Origin: Octopus vulgaris
Taxonomy: Eukaryota
DNA length: 64,000 nucleotides
Assembly (NCBI GenBank): GCA_951406725.2
Contig: OX597818.1
Span: forward strand, 118,606,001 to 118,670,000
Direction: 5' to 3'
The notes beneath the pieces are model-generated. The model ran no database searches, was not told the DNA's origin, and saw nothing but the letters and a program-made list of their open reading frames with translations. This document shows positions 60,361 through 64,000 of this stretch, piece after piece. The translations under genes were made by a program, and so were the position numbers. Position 1 is the stretch's first letter. Each line of letters opens with the position of its first letter.

Positions 60361-60477
60361 CTCTTTATCACAGGTTTTGTTGGAGCTCCTGGAGTCTTGC
60401 ATGCGTAGCGGGCTTACTACTTCCCCACCTACGGTACCATGCTATTCATTCTTTTCAGCTATCTAATACTTTTCTGA

Positions 60478-60748
<271 letters not shown>

Positions 60749-61519
60749 AATTATAAACTTCTTGAATCCCATTTTGAGGTATATATCAAGGGCCAGTACT
60801 GTCTTCCGTCCATAGGAGATATCTTCCAAAGACAATGCAGGCGACACTCATTTAGGCGACATTCATTTTGATTTATGAAGATCTAATAGAATGTGGTGTA
60901 ATGTTATCTGCCCATTTGTGTAATGCATCAATTTTTGCAATGATCATAAAGACGGTAGGTATATATACGTTCATTGACCAAAACTGTGAACCGAAGGAAA
61001 ATGATACGTAGTATATTGAACGTTGTTAAGAGAGAGAGAGAGAGAGGGGGGAGAGAGAGAGAGAAAGAGAGAGAGAGAAAGGCACTATTTCTATAACCTT
61101 GAGGCAAAGCTTGAAAGCAATATCTATGATAGAGTAGCAAAAAAGGGTATAAGATGGTTTTTTTTTAATATCTAACAGCTTTAAGACTCACCAAAAGTTT
61201 TTATTTATATATGCACCACTCAAATCTCTATCGGCAACAATGATATAATGGCTACGAGAAGTAAGAAAGATCCAATTAAATACACGTCACAAACACTCTT
61301 AATACCCAAATAAAATGGCCTCTGAACAACCTCGAAATGCTTTCTTATTTCAAATATCGTTATTCCTTTCCTTTGACTTCCATAGCAAGTGCATCTCATC
61401 TTTATATTGCCCGTTTCTTCTCTATGTAATTCATTTCTTTGAAGAGAAATTTAGTCAGCCATCCACTCACGTGATATCGTTGTGCTTATTTTAATTCTGA
61501 ACTACGCAGGTTAGAAAGT

Positions 61520-61705
61520 AGAGGCGCAATGGCCCAGTGGTTAGGGCAGCTGACTCGCGGTCATAGGATAGCGGTTTCGATTCCCAGACCGGGCATTGTG
61601 AGAGTTTATTGAGCACTGGGATCGATATAATCGACTTAATCCGTTTGCCTGTCCTTGTTTGTCCCCTGTGTTTATCCCCTTGTGGGTAGTAAAGAAATAG
61701 GTATT
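61520..61705 (+). mobile_element. SINE: family 3 head with family 2-type tail
   Basis: Head as at 1555; tail as at 50004-50090 (reverse complement). Confidence 0.75.
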
Positions 61706-61717
61706 ATATATATATTA

Positions 61718-61950
61718 AGGCGGTGTGCTAGCAGAAACGTTAGCACGCCGGGCGAAATGCTTAGCGGTATTTCGTCTGCCGCTACGTTCTGAGTTCAAAT
61801 TCCGCCGAGGTCGACTTTGCCTTTCATCCTTTCTCACTGGGGTCGATATAATCGACTTAATCCGTTTGTCTGTCCTTGTTTGTCCTCTCTGGGAAAAAAA
61901 CGGCGGTACATCAGCATGGCCGCAGCTCTGAGCTGAAACTAAAGGAAGAA
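61718..61950 (+). mobile_element. SINE family 2 with family 1-type 3' end
   Basis: Head with B-box GTTCAAATTCC; tail GGCGGTACATCAGCATGGCCGCAG...CTGAAAC. Confidence 0.85.
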
Positions 61951-61951
61951 G

Positions 61952-62015
<64 letters not shown>

Positions 62016-63284
62016 TGGTATGTGATACATATTCCTTGATACATACATTTACGTCATGATATTAATTAAAATATAGAATATTTTACATGCCGTTATATTA
62101 TATTACTGAAAGTAAACTGTAATCAAATGACTTTGACTTGCGTAACTCTATTCCGATCTTTTGACCCGGTTATCACTATTCACATAAATGTTCAAAGATT
62201 GAGTCCGTAGTGCATACGTTTTCAATGATTGCCCATGTGAGATGTTGTTTACTTACATATCGATCCCTTGTTTTGTGATGTTAGATATGCATAAGGGATT
62301 CGCTGTATAGATTTCCGGACTAGGTTGTTCGTATTTCGTATAATGGTACACATAGATACATATTATTATAAAAGTAAATACCTATAAACATACATCCATA
62401 TACAATATAATTTATGTATATTTATATGTGTGTGCCTGTGTTGGTGTGCTTACTTACGAACAAGTTTATTTGATTTTGTGTGGATTTTTGTTTGAATATG
62501 TATATTTAACTCTTTATGAAAGACTGCAAAATTCTGTATTTTAACTTTTGTTAAGCAGACTAACAGAAAATTGTAATGCTGTCAAAATAACCGTAGCAGT
62601 TCTGAAACAGATCAATAGGTTTTAAAGAAGCAAAGTATCTGTTCCATAGAGAGACGTAATCTGAATGTAAATATTGCTATAATGGTATAGGAATGAAGCC
62701 TGTTGAAGATACTGCAACAATAGTTGTGACTCTGGCCAAATATCATGGATTCTAAATGCATTCATTGTTTGTTTCGGAGTGATTGAAAGGCATTTTGCAG
62801 CTTTTTTGTTCTTTAAAAAAAAAAGTAAAACGATTAAAGTGGATTCTGCAAGCAACAAACTCAGGAAATAAACCACTGAACTGAAAAGTATGGCCTAAAA
62901 CATCTTGAAAGCTATTCCATAGACATGTTACGTGGGTGCTCATTGTTCGTGTTTTATTTTAATGGAAATGACGCCTCGCATATATCGAGTGCCAATTCAT
63001 ATTCAGCTGTTATAAAAATGGTTATTCTTAAACCGAGAACAAATCACATTTACTTACAAATGGTAATGTATTTTGTTTTGCTTTTGTTTATGTACCGTTT
63101 TAGCCATATATAAACATTCTGAGAGTAGAAATAAGATCATTGCGTTTCTAACCGTGACCCTCTGGTCTTTTAAAGAATAATGAATCCTCACAGTCTATTG
63201 TATTAATCCATGGTATTAATTCGTTTTTCTACTACAATAGACTTTCCTTTGATTATGACTTGTTTATCATAATTAACCTCTGCA

Positions 63285-63543
63285 GGTTTCCTGGTTTCCT
63301 GGTTTCCTGGTATCTGAGTTAGGTAGCAATCAGCCCCTTTTGCTATCATTCCCAGGGCACCCATGACAACTGGTATTGCTTTAGTCTTCAGGTCCCACAT
63401 TTTGCTGATTTCTATTTCCAGATCTTTATATTTGCTCAGTTTCATGTAGGTCTTGACAGATACGTTTATATCGATTGGGACAGTCATATCAATGAGGAGG
63501 CATGTTATTTGTCTGAAGTCTTTTACTATGATGTGTGGCCTAT
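63285..63543 (-). mobile_element. R4/Dong family B internal fragment (RLE domain) joined to (AAT)n
   Basis: RPHIIVKDFRQITCLLIDMTVP...LTQIPGNQ. Ends in three copies of CCAGGAAAC; the 3' UTR is missing. Confidence 0.85.
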
Positions 63544-63575
63544 TATTATTATTATTAATATTATTATTATTATTA

Positions 63576-63636
<61 letters not shown>

Positions 63637-64000
63637 GGCAAATTTGCAAAATCTTCACCCGAACCGGTCAAAGGCTTAGTGGTTTTTACCTTTTGCATTC
63701 AATTTCCTCAAAAATAGTCACTGTGATCGAAAGACTCTTCTAGCCTCCTTCCTCACTCATAAATTCCGGCATTGTGCTTGTAGTAGACTGCATTATTATA
63801 ACTTATCTTATAATTACTTGCTATTGTGGCTTTGTTGCTATATTTTCAATTCTAGATAATCACTATTTTCGAAGTCCTCTGCATGTGACCCTCTTTAAAA
63901 GCAATTCTCTTATTGTCATTTCTTATTAAGACAAAAGAAACACAGTTTTGTGCTATTATTCTTTTATTCTTCTATTCTATTATTTGTTTCAGTCATTTGA

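Overview
AT-rich eukaryotic (metazoan) DNA dominated by microsatellites and transposable elements. The tRNA-derived SINE families and the extreme (TA)n/(AAT)n load match what I recall from Octopus (cephalopod) genomes; this is an inference, not a search result. No complete host gene is recognisable, only a few candidate spliced exons. The main feature is a cluster of R4/Dong-clade non-LTR retrotransposons (RT plus CCHC knuckle plus PD-(D/E)xK endonuclease) from about four distinct families. Most are inserted in (AAT)n tracts, partly head-to-tail. The cluster includes one almost intact ~1270-aa copy (54442-58253, minus) and a chimeric block (59348-60292) that is a circular permutation of a nearby junction. 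Also present: a CR1-group LINE fragment, an RTE-like 3' end, mariner (DD34D) and maT (DD37D) relics, a fold-back mariner, a MITE with 150-bp TIRs, a Helentron-type HINE, three SINE families, an old ~1.5-1.9 kb tandem duplication, and several Penelope-type hammerhead-ribozyme-like motifs. Most ORFs in the supplied track are microsatellite or repeat artefacts. Boundaries of degenerate repeats are approximate (tens of bp).
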